A stretch of DNA of 64,000 nucleotides, taken from NCBI GenBank assembly GCA_024679065.1, contig JAGIQG010000009.1, forward strand, positions 42,098,001-42,162,000, read 5' to 3'. The position numbers and the translations under genes are program-made. A model generated the notes under the pieces. That model saw only the letters and a program-made list of their open reading frames with translations. It was not told the DNA's origin and searched no databases. The stretch is from Sphyrna mokarran. Lineage: Eukaryota. The stretch's first letter is position 1, and each line of letters begins with the position of its first letter. Shown one piece after another: positions 1 to 12,489 of this stretch.

Positions 1-59
1 CATGTGGCGCATCTTTGCAGATGGCTTAAGAGGCCAATCTTTGCAAGGCAAATTCTGTC

Positions 60-170
60 ACAAGGGCTACACATAAAGCTACCAATTTTGTGGGTCAATT
101 GTGCCCTGAATGAACTCTGCATCACCAACATCTACTTCCAGGGCATACACTGACACAAGATCCCATGGCC
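60..170 (+). mobile_element. RTE-type LINE endonuclease remnant
   Basis: Translates as CALNELCITNIYFQGIH*HKIPW, resembling the RTE APE motif (..L.ITNT.F....HK.SW). Confidence 0.55.
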
Positions 171-1295
171 TTAGAATGTTTTACTACGCTAAAGGTGCTA
201 AATAAATGCAGGTTGCTGTTGTCACTAATCCTCTCCATTGGTAGAAAATCAGTTGTTGGTGCCCATTGCCTTCACAGACACTATAATTCTTTTTTGCAGA
301 GTTCGACAAAGTAGGATCATGTGATCACACAGGACAAAAGAGCAAAAGCTCAACATCTGTTGGCATTCTGTGTTCACTTATTGTTATCTGTTACTTTCTT
401 CCGAGGTAACAGCTAATGCTGCTCATTATAGTCTGCGTAGCAACTGTTCAGCAGTACAACATGCTTTGCTTCATCAATGTGAACATCTGCATGCTGAACT
501 CTGAACCCATGTGACAGCAACTGTCTGTTAGAGTTATCCTCATTTATGTTGTTATCTTGATGTTGGGTGATGGGGAGGGTTAAATGGTTTCTGCGACAAG
601 ATACAAATCCAATCACTGATCTGACTTCAGCAGGAGAGAGAAGTATGTGAAAAGATTGACCTCAACAGACTTGTTAAAATTGGATGCTGTTTACCAGAAT
701 TTAATTAAGACTCTTCAGGTAAAGATTCAGTGGCTGGACGCTACTGCAGCCCACACTCAAGCAGCTGCATGATTCATGGGTCCCACCTCTAACCTTGTAG
801 GTAACATGCAATACTTCACTTGTGTGTGCTGCCTAGCGGCCATGTCTGAGGGTTTGCTACACCATAAATCTGAGGGATAACGAGACATTTTGGAGAGTGC
901 TGCACAGGCGTGCCTTCACAATGACCTGAAATTCCTTGAAGCTGCAATTGCTCTCTCGCTTACTGGGTGTATGGCAGAACGGGAGCAGCAAGGGGGAACT
1001 TTCTGGTGAATAATTGTCCAGTGTAATGTGTTGCAAAGTGGAACTTGGAGTGAAACAGGAATTGCACAGCCAACTGCCCATCTAACCAGATGTTTGCACA
1101 CCTCTCTGTTAAACACTTAGGGTTGAATTTAACGGCTGCAATGTAGACCTGTCTACTAACACCAGTGGCAAATCTATCACTTTATTGGAATTCTCGAAGG
1201 GATTAAATGTCAATCAGGCAGTAAATTGCCAACAATAGAGGTATCTGTGCCTTTAAAATTGGAGTGCCCACGTTCAGGAGCTGTTGGCCAGAGAA

Positions 1296-1420
1296 CACAG
1301 TAAGAAGTCTGACAACACCAGGTTTAAGTCCAACCGATTTATTTGATAGTAAACTCACAAGCTTCTGGGATTTGTTCCTTTGTCAGGTGAATGGAGAGTT
1401 CTGGCCTCAGACAGAGCATA
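1296..1420 (-). mobile_element. Penelope-like terminal repeat fragment
   Basis: Similar to 61566-61690 and 33666-33800 (acagtaagaagtct.acaacaccagg...ttcctt.gtcaggtga). Confidence 0.7.
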
Positions 1421-1607
1421 TAACAGCATCTACTGCCAGAAAACCAGCAGCTCTTCCCTCTCAGGGATTGGTTACTGTGTTGGCACTGCAACCTTCCCAG
1501 ATGTAACCATGATGAAGAAGACCTCTAAACATAAGTGAATGGACTGGACTTGCCTGGGCCAGTCAGCAAAGTAATGGTAAGCATGTTTGTGGTAGGGTCA
1601 ATGCTGA

Positions 1608-2070
1608 ATCACAGAATACTACAGTACAGAAGAGACCCATCAAGTCTGCACTGACACATGAAATGCCCTGACCTGTCCATCTAATCCCACTTGCCAGCAT
1701 TTGGCCCATAGCCTTGAACGTTATGGCATACCAAGTACTCATTCAGATACTTTTTAAAAGGATATGAGGCATCCCGCTTCCACCACCTTCCCAGGCACTG
1801 CATTCCAGACAATCACCACCTTCTGAGTAAAAAAGTGTTTTCTCAAATCCTCCCTACACCTCTCATCCCTCACTTTTAAATTGTGTCCCCTTGTTAATGA
1901 TCCTTCAACTAAGGGGAACAGCTGCTCCCTATCCATCCTGTCCATGCCCCTCATAATCTTGAACACCTCAATCAGGTCACTCCTCAGTCTTCTCTGCTCC
2001 AATGAAAACAACCCATCTCTATCCAACCTCTCATCATAACTTAAACATTCCATCCCCGGTTGCATCCTGG
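1608..2070 (-). mobile_element. CR1 LINE 3' end
   Basis: ORF 1754..2065 (LSYDERLDRDGLFSLEQRRLRSDLIEVFKIMRG...FFTQKVVIVWNAVP) is the typical CR1 ORF2 C-terminus, followed by the CR1 3' UTR and tail. Confidence 0.92.
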
Positions 2071-3728
2071 TAAAAGGCAGAAGAAATGTTTGTTCAGTGG
2101 AAATGGTCCTTGCTGCCTGAGGAGAACTCCGTGGGATAAAGAGAACTCAATTAGAAAAGTCCCACTAGCGCACTGGGAGACTGCCAGGTTTTAATGGGTT
2201 AGCACACATGTCATATGGTCCCTCCATGGCTCATCCATTAATTAGCCACTTAAGAGCCTTAATTGATGTCCAAGTTTGGGGGGAAGACATTGTCAACCTT
2301 CTTCGTCCCTGACTTAATCAGGGAAAGCTGCAAAAGTGATGGAGTCTTTGCTTTCTGCCTTCCCTTCTGATTCCACATCCCATCCTGATTGCTAGCCTGC
2401 TTCTGGGGGGAAAGTGGAAGAGTTAAATTCTGTTCTTAGGACTATAATCCTTTCTGTTAAGTATGTCAATTTTAGAATATAATTGGTCTCTTGCACCATC
2501 ATTCAGTTTTTTCTGAAGAAATTACACTAGCTTACAGGAAATCAGTCAATTGCATGTCCCCTAACTGCTTCAGCATGCAAACTGAAATCAATTCACAAAG
2601 GCACAGGTAGCCAGCATCATTGGGTGCTGTTTATATTTGTACTTAAATGATGCAGATGCTCCATGAATATAATCAGTACAATTGTGCTATTAATTACAGT
2701 GGAGTTTATTTTCTGTAGACTGATAAGAGTACTGAGGCAATTCACCACCCTAGCACAAATCACATTATGGTCAGAGAATTGCATGAGCTGGGCCAGACAT
2801 GATTTGCACTGAGGAGAACCCCTTTTGTGATTATAGGCGTTTAATGACCCAGGCATTTAATGATGGGGGTAGGATGTGGGAAAGGTTTCCTCTTTGGGGT
2901 TCGGGGTTAGGGATGTTCCATATGTCTATAGGGGAATGGTCACAATGTCCATAGGTGGGGAGGTGGAGCTTTAAGAATTTGGTCTTGGCAGCCTCCTTCA
3001 GTCCTGTACATCTCTTTGCCAGTGGGAATCTCCCCAAGCTCCAAAACACGAGTAAGTTTGGGAGAATTGCAATCTGCACTGCACCGACCCACCTAGTAGA
3101 ATGCTCACCAAGTTTTGTGTCAGAGATGACATTCGGTATTTTTTTTAAGGAGAATTTGGCTCACCATCACTGGTTGGTATTATTTAGGACTGAGAAAAGG
3201 AGGCCAAAAATTGTTTAGTATCCTAGATTATCATGCTGCCTTTTCCTTCCTCCTCCAGGTACTCTTAAGGGGGGTCTCCTGACAAAGAGAAATTATGTAG
3301 CGTAAAGTGTATTACCGCAATCCTTAGAAGTTCTTATCTGCCTATATGTAAGTGAAAGCTTGGTCGATACAGGGACCTAACTGTTAAATGTCTACTGGAT
3401 GATGATTCTGGTGGCAGGAGTGAATCTATTGTAGTGGTGCTCAGTTGGTACCCTAAAAAAAGCCACTGATATCACTAACCATTAATAGCAGAAGGGATCC
3501 TTAAGTCTCCCAGGATCCAACCAGACATACATTTCCAGTGATGGGCTAACGAACAAAAACGTGGCGGCTACCAGAATAATTAGTATTATACTTAATATGA
3601 AGAGTAATCTCTTTCACCAAGATATTTAATGAGATTGTCAAAAGGATCACACATGGCCACGTGAGTGCAATTGAATGTTTCTCTGAATTTTGGGGAATAG
3701 TGCTACAAAGCTCTCATCAGCGTGCTGC

Positions 3729-4241
3729 TACACCTGGAGTATTATCTGAGGATATCCTTGCTACAGAGGGAGTACAGCGAAAGTTTATTCAGTTGATTTC
3801 TGAGCCGGCAAGTCTGTTACATGAGGAGAGACTAAGTTGGTTAGGAGTCTATTCACTGGAATTTAGAAGAGTGAGTGGGAATCTCATAGAAGTTTACAAA
3901 TTCTTACAGGTTAGACAGGGTAGATTCAGAAACAATGTTGCCAATGGTGGAGTCCAGAACAAGGGTTCATAGTTTGAGGATAAGAACTGAGATGAGGAGA
4001 AATTTCTTCACCCAGGGAGTGCTTAATATGTGGAATTCACTACCACAGACTGTAGTTAAAGCCAAAACATTGTTTGATTTCAAGAAGAAATTAGTTATTC
4101 TAGGGTCTAAAGAGATTAACGGATATGAGGGGGAGGGGAGATCAGGATGTTGAATTCAACGATCAGCTATCATCAAAATGAATGGTGGACCAAAGCTGAA
4201 GGGCAGAATGGCCTACTCCTGCTTCTAGTTTCTATGTTTCT
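3729..4241 (+). mobile_element. CR1 LINE 3' end
   Basis: Frameshifted ORFs 3661..3972 and 3935..4153 (EGVQRKF...YSLEFRR..GNLIEVYK; RRNFFTQGVLNMWNSLP). Tail is ctcctgcttctagtttctatgttt. Confidence 0.92.
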
Positions 4242-4977
4242 ACAGAGAACTAAAGACAGCTGGAACAAACAATGTATCTGTAAACTTGTTTCATACATCT
4301 GTGCACAATTAATTGGATAATAATGCCCTTGGAGACAGCATGACACAACACTATGTTAAGAAATTCAAAGTGGTGGTGGTCTTTACTGCTACTAGTATTG
4401 TAATGCCTGTGGGAACGGGTGGTCTCTAAGGCACTGCTAACATACAAACAATATAAATTATAACTCTGTGACAGTTTTCTATGTGAAGCACAATCTACTA
4501 AAACATTATTCATGAGTCAGTTACAGTAAGGAGCACCTAAATTGCTGTACACAAGTGTGAAGATGCAGGTGGGTGGGGTTTATAATGCCTCTTGGACAGT
4601 ATGATGAATCTGGCCTTAGAAATAGAGATAGAGAACAACTTAGACAAATAGATGCTATTGCCAACTTTGTGTTGTACACAGGGGAATAAAATCTGAAGCT
4701 CCAAGCACTAGATAAAACATGGATCTGAAGCAGGATTCATCAGGAAAAAGGACTGCAAATGATAGGGAAGAAGCAAAAGTTAGAGTATTGTTTGGCCTAC
4801 ATCCTCATGAGGACATTTGTTTTGAATTTTAGTATATCTGTAGCTACAGGTGCTCATTGCTGCTGCTTTCATCTCTCGTGGGAAATGATCACTGACATTC
4901 CAAGGAGGCAGGATATGATCTACTGCACACCTGCCTCACTTATGCTCCTGTCAATCTCAAAAGCACCTTAAAGTTAG

Positions 4978-5406
4978 GAAAGAAAGAAAGACCTGCATTT
5001 GTATAATGCTTGTGACCTCACTGAATGCCTAAGGTGCTTTATAGCCACTAATGAAATACATTTGAAGTGTCATCACTGTTGTAATGTAGGAAACACAGAA
5101 TTCTGTTTACATGCAGCAAACTCAGCACAAACAAGCTAATAAAGATCAGATTATCTGTTGCTGTGAGATTGATTGAGAGAGAAATATTGGGCAGGTCCCC
5201 TGCACTTCTTCAAAATAAAGATATGGGAATTTTTTTAATATTTGCCCAAACACAAAAATGGGCCTCGGTTTAATATCTCATCCAAAATAAAATATCTCTG
5301 ATATTAGAACACTAGCCTTGGTTTTTGTGCTCATATCTCAGAGCGGGACCTGAAACTGGAGCTTTTGACTCAGAGGGGAGGGTACTATCGATTGAGTCAT
5401 GGCTGA
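4978..5406 (-). mobile_element. SacSINE1-like DeuSINE (tRNA head, Deu core, L2-like tail), degraded
   Basis: Reverse-complement similarity to the element at 51575-52335 (aaagaaagac.tgcattt.tata...gttgtaatgtaggaaac...ggcctcggtttaat.tctcatcc...gactcagagg). Confidence 0.65.
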
Positions 5407-8400
5407 AAAGCTCAAAGGCAAGCCCATACTAAGATAGTCTCAGTTTCTGCTGGTGTCCTGCAGATACTCCAGTGAAACCCGATGCATTCCTTCTTAGTCC
5501 ACCAGTGATATTGGTGATATTGTCACATTTGTCCAGTGAAATGTGATATTGTCATATTTCCTCCAGTATTACAATGCTGGCATTGACGCCACTGCTGATT
5601 TTCCCCATATGAATCATAACAAGATTTGATATCAGTGTTGCTTTGGTCCTCTGTCAAAATACCTGTAAACTGATGATGGTGGAAGACCAATGCCAGAATG
5701 CTGAAAATCCCACTGCACAGAATGTTCTTCTATGTATCCGACTATTTAGCCATCTTTAAGAGCATCTATTGCTGAATTCAAAACAATCCCCTTTCAGTCC
5801 ATTTCATATGTTTGCAACTAGATGTAAAAGGCTAAAATCTGGATAATTTTTGCTATTTAATTTGGCTTGGAGCCCCTTTCTCATAACATCACTCATTCTA
5901 CTGTCTTATGCTCAAGATATGTTTCATATTTTACAGATTATTCCAAATATCTCTCCAATAATAAACTTGAAAGATTTTTATACACAGGTCAATTAATTTT
6001 TCCTCTTTTGATGCAAAGGCCCTGGGAGGCATTGTCCAATTTTAAGCAGTTAAAATGATCTGAGAAAATGCTATTACAAGCCAGTGATTTTTTTTAAAAC
6101 ATCAGTGTTGATTCAAATGCAGTCAGAAGCACTGATTCTTTCAGAGGCCAACGCTGCGAGTTGCAGAAGTAGTTCGCAGATGAGCTATCTCCCTCCCATC
6201 ATGGGACATGCACAGGAACAAAATATTTAATGAGAAGTAAAGAAAAAGCCTCTTAGAGAGTGTTAACTCTGCCATTTCGCTAACTCAAAGAGTATTTTAT
6301 GCTTGAGTAATAGCTTCCTCTCATTATGCCTTTCTTTTGCTCATGAAAAAACATCAAAGGGCGCTGCTGGCCTACCTGCTCTACCAGAGGGGTTTTCAGG
6401 ATATTGCGGTGCAAATTCTAAAGAGCCCGAGTGTCAGCTGCGAAAGACCCCTGCCGACAGACCAGTTCAACACAAATATTTCACCAGTCATTACATTTCG
6501 GAAATCTCTTGACAAAAGACAGCTCATTTCCTGCTTTCTTCCCCTCTTTTTTTTTCTTCTTTTTGGAAATAAAGGATTGTGGTCTTGTTGGAAAATAATT
6601 ACAATAAACGTATTCACAGCGTTAGGATTATAAGGAAAATGTCCGGTTCCTGTTAATCTAAAAGGACAGGAAACATGCAACCGCGATAGAAAATATAGTA
6701 ACATGATTAACAGGCATAGCAAGACATTGGTTTTAGTTTTTAGGAAATATGGTCAGCATTAGGTGAGCAATTAGATACAGGAAGAGCAGCCTGCCCTTGA
6801 TAATTGCTTATTCTTTTGTCATAAATAGTAAGCAATAATAACAATCATTTAGCCACCATGTCCAGGTAAAATATTACCCCTTCACTTATAGTCTGTATCA
6901 AATTGTAATCTTATTTAAATATATAGCATTACTATTGTAGATACAATTATAACTTTAATTTTGCTTAGTCTCACATAAAGTAAATGCAGGTATTATTGCA
7001 ATCACTAACTAACACGCATTTGTACTTTTACGAAGCCAAGTTCAGAAATGTTTGAACATTTCTCTCAGTCACAGCTTGGGCAAGGTCTAAAACATTGCTT
7101 ATCTGTCACATTTTTACTTTGTTGGCTGATGGCAATGCCACTTCTGTCAGAGGTTGAGGTTTTATAAGGACTACCTGATTGCACTTGGGCACAAAATCCA
7201 TTCTTTTACTGAACACTGGCAACTTCTTTCTACCCCCAAGCCACCTTACTCCCTTTGCTTATGAATGCAGCTCTGTAGCAAGTTCAAGTTCATGTCATAG
7301 GAAGACACTCTCGAGCAGCATGCAGTGAAATTAATTTTCACGTGATTTCTTTGAACCTCTGCTATGCTATAGCAAAGTTGTTTCCAGGACAATTGAAAGG
7401 AATTTTCTCCCAGTTTTTTAAAGAGTATCCTTACACAAGATGAAAAGTGCAATCTCAGTAGTGAGATATTAATTCTTCTCCTGTATTTGCTGTGGCTCAC
7501 CTTCCAATAATGTTTCCCTTGTAAATAATATTAATCCCAAGTAAATATTGAATTTAAAAACATGTAGTTCTTGAATTATTCCTCTAAATATGAACTTTTA
7601 TTAAGTGTAGATATCTCATTACTGAATAAATAAATAGTTTATCAGTGTTTATTTACTACCAGTAAATATAATTTAAAGGATTAGAAGGAATCAATAGTGC
7701 ACATTTTGGAGCATTCTCACAGTTCAGGAAACTTAACTGCTCACTCAAGTTGCAATGGACTGATCTTTGAAATTTCTCTAAGTTAGCCATCATTACTAAT
7801 ACTTGATCTATATTGGGCCTAGTGCTGAAAGCGGGTTTACCATTCAACATGATGCCTTCCAGTTTAAAAGCAGCAGCAGGATGCAATGGCAGGGAGAAGG
7901 AACCCTCTTTTAAATAAATGGCCTTTGCAGCAAGGTCACCACTGTGACAGGGTTGGGGGAGGGGAAGCCCCTCTAGAATTGCTGCTGTGAAAATCAGAAA
8001 GATAGGCAGAGCCTCGTAAACCTGCCCAGAGCATTGGCCCCTCTGCCTGCCATCAGGAACTTTCATCGAGGCAACTGCAATGTATCCCATTTCACCTGAA
8101 AGTTGCCTGGAAAATCTGAAGTTGGCTAGTGATAACTTTCATCCCCACAACTGCTCCCACCCTCCACTGGTGAGAATGGCCTGGCGGCAGGATGAAGCTA
8201 AAATTCTATGTCTGTTTGCCTCTGCACTTGGTACAATCAAAAAATTCGAGCGCATGATTAAATTATGATAACCTCAAAGGTTTTCTGGAAGATCTTACAT
8301 AGACGTGAGTAGCTAGTCTTGCACCATCTTCTGTGAGAAATGTGATTGATTATGAAAACACAACTGAAACACCTCTGGAGATGATGTTGCTGCCTGTATG

Positions 8401-8611
8401 GCTAAAAATTAGGATCACAGTCTTGAAATTTGGTGGTACAAGTATTTAATGTTTGAATTCTAGATGTAATTGTAATGGCTTGCTGGTTTTAGGTGATGAG
8501 GAAGTGCTGGCTATTTATCACCCTGACCTATCTTTTTCTCATACAATGCTATTGGAAGTAGTCAACAATCCAATTAGCTATTTATCTAAGGAGTGGCATT
8601 ATAAAGTAAAA

Positions 8612-8880
8612 TAAAGTTTATTTATTAGTCACAAGGCTTACATTAAAACTGCAATGAAATTATTATGAAATTCTCCTAGTTGCCACACTATGCTGCCTGT
8701 TCGGGAAAACACACCTAACCAGCATGTCTTTCAGAATGTGGGAGGAAACTGGAGCATCCGAAGGAAGCCCACGCAGACATGGGGAGAATGTGCAAACACT
8801 GCACAAACAGTGACCCAAGCCAAGAAGCGAACCTGGCTCTGTCAGGCAGCAGTGCTAACCACTGTGCCACCATGCTGCCC
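8612..8880 (-). mobile_element. HE1/V-SINE (non-CR1 tail type)
   Basis: tRNA-like head GGGCAGCATGGTGGCACAGTGGTTAGCACTGCTGCC, V-core, and tail ending ...gactaataaataaacttt. Confidence 0.88.
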
Positions 8881-9635
8881 CGGGCATTGGGTCAGTTGTC
8901 CAAACTGAGCATCTGTCAGAGCAGGTACTAGCAAGTGTGCATACATCTTGCATGCATCCTTCCACAGGTCTTTGACCTGCATCATAAAATAATTATACTG
9001 GAAGATTCTAGGTAGGTATTTCATTGGTGACAGCAGGAGTGGTTTGAGGAAAAAAGTAAACAATTTATAACTTATCCAAAGATTTCTGAGAACCCGAGTG
9101 TCAAGAATGGAAAATGGAGAGTTGAGAAAGTACTGAAATGCACTGCAGCATTAACTTATTAATATCTACTTCTGCTTTGGAGTCTGAGACACCCATCTGA
9201 AATGAATGATTAAAGGCTGACATGCAGACAGCACATTGGAATGAACATGCACCCAAATTAAATAAATTGTTCACTTGTTGAAGTTGACCGATTCCATCAT
9301 CATAGTTCCCTCCTTGTATAGGAAGTACCAGTTGCATTTTGTGTAAAGTTTTAGCAGGGCATAATTTCTGCTGTTGGCTGCCCATTTTGCTACACTTCAA
9401 GGGAAAATCTAAGCTATTCTCTAAACCAGGAAATAACACACCAATAAAATATAATAGCACAAAACATGTTGGGGTAGAAATCTGTCTTGCACAGGATGCA
9501 GAAGGAGCAGCTAATGGAATTAAATATCAGTCAATTTGATATCATCTGTTTTGGACCTATTGAGTTATGGCCAAAACCTTTGCATCTTTGGATTTATGAT
9601 TTAGAATGCATTCTGTGGATAGATTATTACGTACA

Positions 9636-9893
9636 AAAGTTCAAGCTTATTTAATAGTCACAAGTAAGGCTTACATTAACATTGCAATGAAGTTACTGTG
9701 AAATTCCCCCAGTCGCCACACTCCGGCACCTGCATTAACCAGCACGCCTTTCAGACTATGGAGGAGACCGGAGACCAGAAGAAATCCAAGCAGAAGAACG
9801 TGCAAACTCTACACAGTGACCCAAGCCAGGACTTGAACCTGGGTTCTTGGCAATGTGAGGCAGCAGTGCTAACCTCTGTGCCACTGTGTTGCC
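9636..9893 (-). mobile_element. HE1/V-SINE (non-CR1 tail type)
   Basis: Same head, core and tail as 8612-8880. Confidence 0.85.
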
Positions 9894-11757
9894 TATTCCT
9901 CTGATGTAACTGTGTCACAAGTGAGAAAAAGAAAATGAGATACTTTGTGTAGGATCATGTCATGAAATAAATAAAAGGTGGCAATGACATTCTTGAGAGA
10001 TGCAAGCCATAAACAGATCTGTTAAACATTTAAACCCAGGTTTTCTAAATGAACCATGAGTATTTTGGTAAAATCAGAAATGGCATAAAACAAGACAAAC
10101 CTTATCTAAGCTAATCCTTTTTAGGGGGACATGGTCAGAATTAAAAATACAGAGAAAGGGTAACTGTGTTTGCTGCATTTTCTAGCATAGTTTAACATAG
10201 CATAGAAGCAGCTCACTGTTGGTCATTGAAATCAAGGCTGGATTTCAATTCAAAACACTCAGGAAAGAAAATCTGCCAGTGTTGTCTAGTCATACTGCTT
10301 ATTGAATGAACTACAAATTCATTTTATCAATAAGCTGAATACTGTCAGTTGGGCCAAAATATGATCCAATTGCAGTCTGAGGAAGGAAACAGAGGGGGAA
10401 AAAAATGCTGCAGGTTGGTCAATGTCTCCGTCACCTACAAGAAATCAAACACTACCTTTCTGTGAAACCATGCAGTTCTGCAGAGCTCTGAACTGGGGTT
10501 AATTAATAATGCACAACCATCTGATTAACTGAAGTGCTCTTTCCTGTGTAAACATTTAAAGATGCATAAGGTAGAAAAAGTAGATGTCATATTTTAGTTT
10601 TGATGCAGTGCACTCTCGCCTTCCATTCCTCTCCTTCAACAATTACTTACTATGCTGACAAAGTCAATAAATTGATCTTGCTCCTGATGTGCTATACAGC
10701 AAGCTAATCCAATACTGTGCTATCTGCAGTAAAAATAATCAGGGAAGACGGATAGAAGAGGCAGCAGTAATATATGTACATCTCTGCAATCCGCTGGCAC
10801 CAATCTATTGATAGACATAATGTTTTTAAAGTAAAATCAGATTCTTCCACAATTACCTCAACACCAAATGCTCACAAAGTATGCCATGTTCCAGTGATGC
10901 TAAGTGAACATTTAACTATTTTAGAACAGGATTGCTTCCAGTGGTAATAGATACATTTGGTTAGATTCCGGTGCTTCTGGGCCAATTACAGATTACCAGC
11001 AGCAGTGTGTACAGAAGGTTATACCGTCGCAGTTAAATGATTAGGCTCCAGACATTCAGCAAATAGTATGGGAAAACCAATATTGTAAGGACTGCTGAGC
11101 AACAGCTAGAAAGAATATTTGCAGAATGGTTGGATTGTGCTTCTGACAGTAATATAGATAGCTAAAGATAAAAGGCAAAGATTCTGATAGGCATATGATG
11201 CAATAATAATGAAGATCTTGACTAATTGTGACAAACCATTTCTGTCTAACACAGCAGGTGAGAAGTGGTGGAAAGGTTTGGAAATCCTCAATTTAAAGTC
11301 ACCTTTTCCTCCTCTTGAGACTGGGACCATCACGAGGAAGCCCTAGTGCTACCTTATTTATATTACACAACCCACAGCTATGCATTGGGTTCATAAACAA
11401 GGCACGAGCCATACATCAATTTGTGTATTTTATTTAGATCATGTCTTTTGGATACAATGTAAATGAATTTGGTCATCAGCAGCATTATAATATCAATGAA
11501 AGGAACTGACAACCTGTTCTATACCCCACTTTTATTTATGTCAAAGACTAATTTCATCTCTGTTGTTTTTGATGGTTGAAAAACTCCACTGCGGGTTGAG
11601 AAAGAGAGAGTCATAAAAAATGTTGTAAAAATGGGATATTGAGACTGATCAATCAGATAAGGCCAAGATAGCCGAGCAAATGGCCAACTTTTATCACTGA
11701 GAAGTCACAAGGTTTCCTATCTATGTAGCATTTAATTATATCAGAATTCAAGAGATC

Positions 11758-12478
11758 ATGGGTGGAATCTTGCACAAGCAATGGTGGTCTCAGCTGTTAG
11801 CTGGAAAGTCAGTGAGATCCCTGTGTCACCTCTTTGAGATGGCTGGCTGGATCTTCTACCACTTAGGCACTTGGTGGGTCAGCAGTGAGCACTTCCTTGG
11901 AATCAAGACTGCTGGGAGTGGAAGCCCCTTTAAAAGAACTGGCAGTCAATCAGAGGTGAGCAGGGCTATTGAGGAAGAAGTGGCTGCTGATGGCATAGCA
12001 CTTTTCCAACACCTGATATCATGGATTGACCAGGTAAGAGGTGGAAGGGCTGGTTTCAGTGTAGGGATCATTGGCTGCAGGGAGGATTGGTGTTCAGGGG
12101 ATCAGATTGGGGGTGAGGGGGTTTAGGGAGGCTCAGCAGCAAGGGCATGAGGCTCCTAGTGGGCCAAGCCTTCCTGATTCTGGGTCCCATGATCAAACTC
12201 TGGAGCCTTTGAATGAGGGTCTTCTCTGAAGAGCCTGCAAGTAAATATACTAGGGTTGGCTTGTTGCCCTTCCTGCACTGCAAACACCGTGTCCTCCAAT
12301 GTGTTAGTATTAGCAGTACAGAGATGAGGCTCTTTAGTTGCCGTGGGAGGGTCCCACTTAAAGGGCTTAATTGGCAGCAGTTCTTCCCACCATGGACTAA
12401 ATCTGGATAGAGGTGGGAAGGTGGTTGGATCCTCATCTGCAATCGCTGAACGAATTGATTAAATGCACCCCTCTCCAT
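11758..12478. mobile_element. Degraded non-autonomous DNA transposon-like repeat
   Basis: Begins gggtggaatctt and ends attaaatgcaccc, like the other GGG..GAATT-ended MITEs in the window. GC-richer than its flanks. Confidence 0.4.
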
Positions 12479-12489
12479 CAAACTCACTT

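Noticed and set aside
6303-6722. Three overlapping ORFs suggesting a hidden gene
   Set aside because: No recognisable protein features or convincing splice structure. Better explained as a non-coding conserved-type block.
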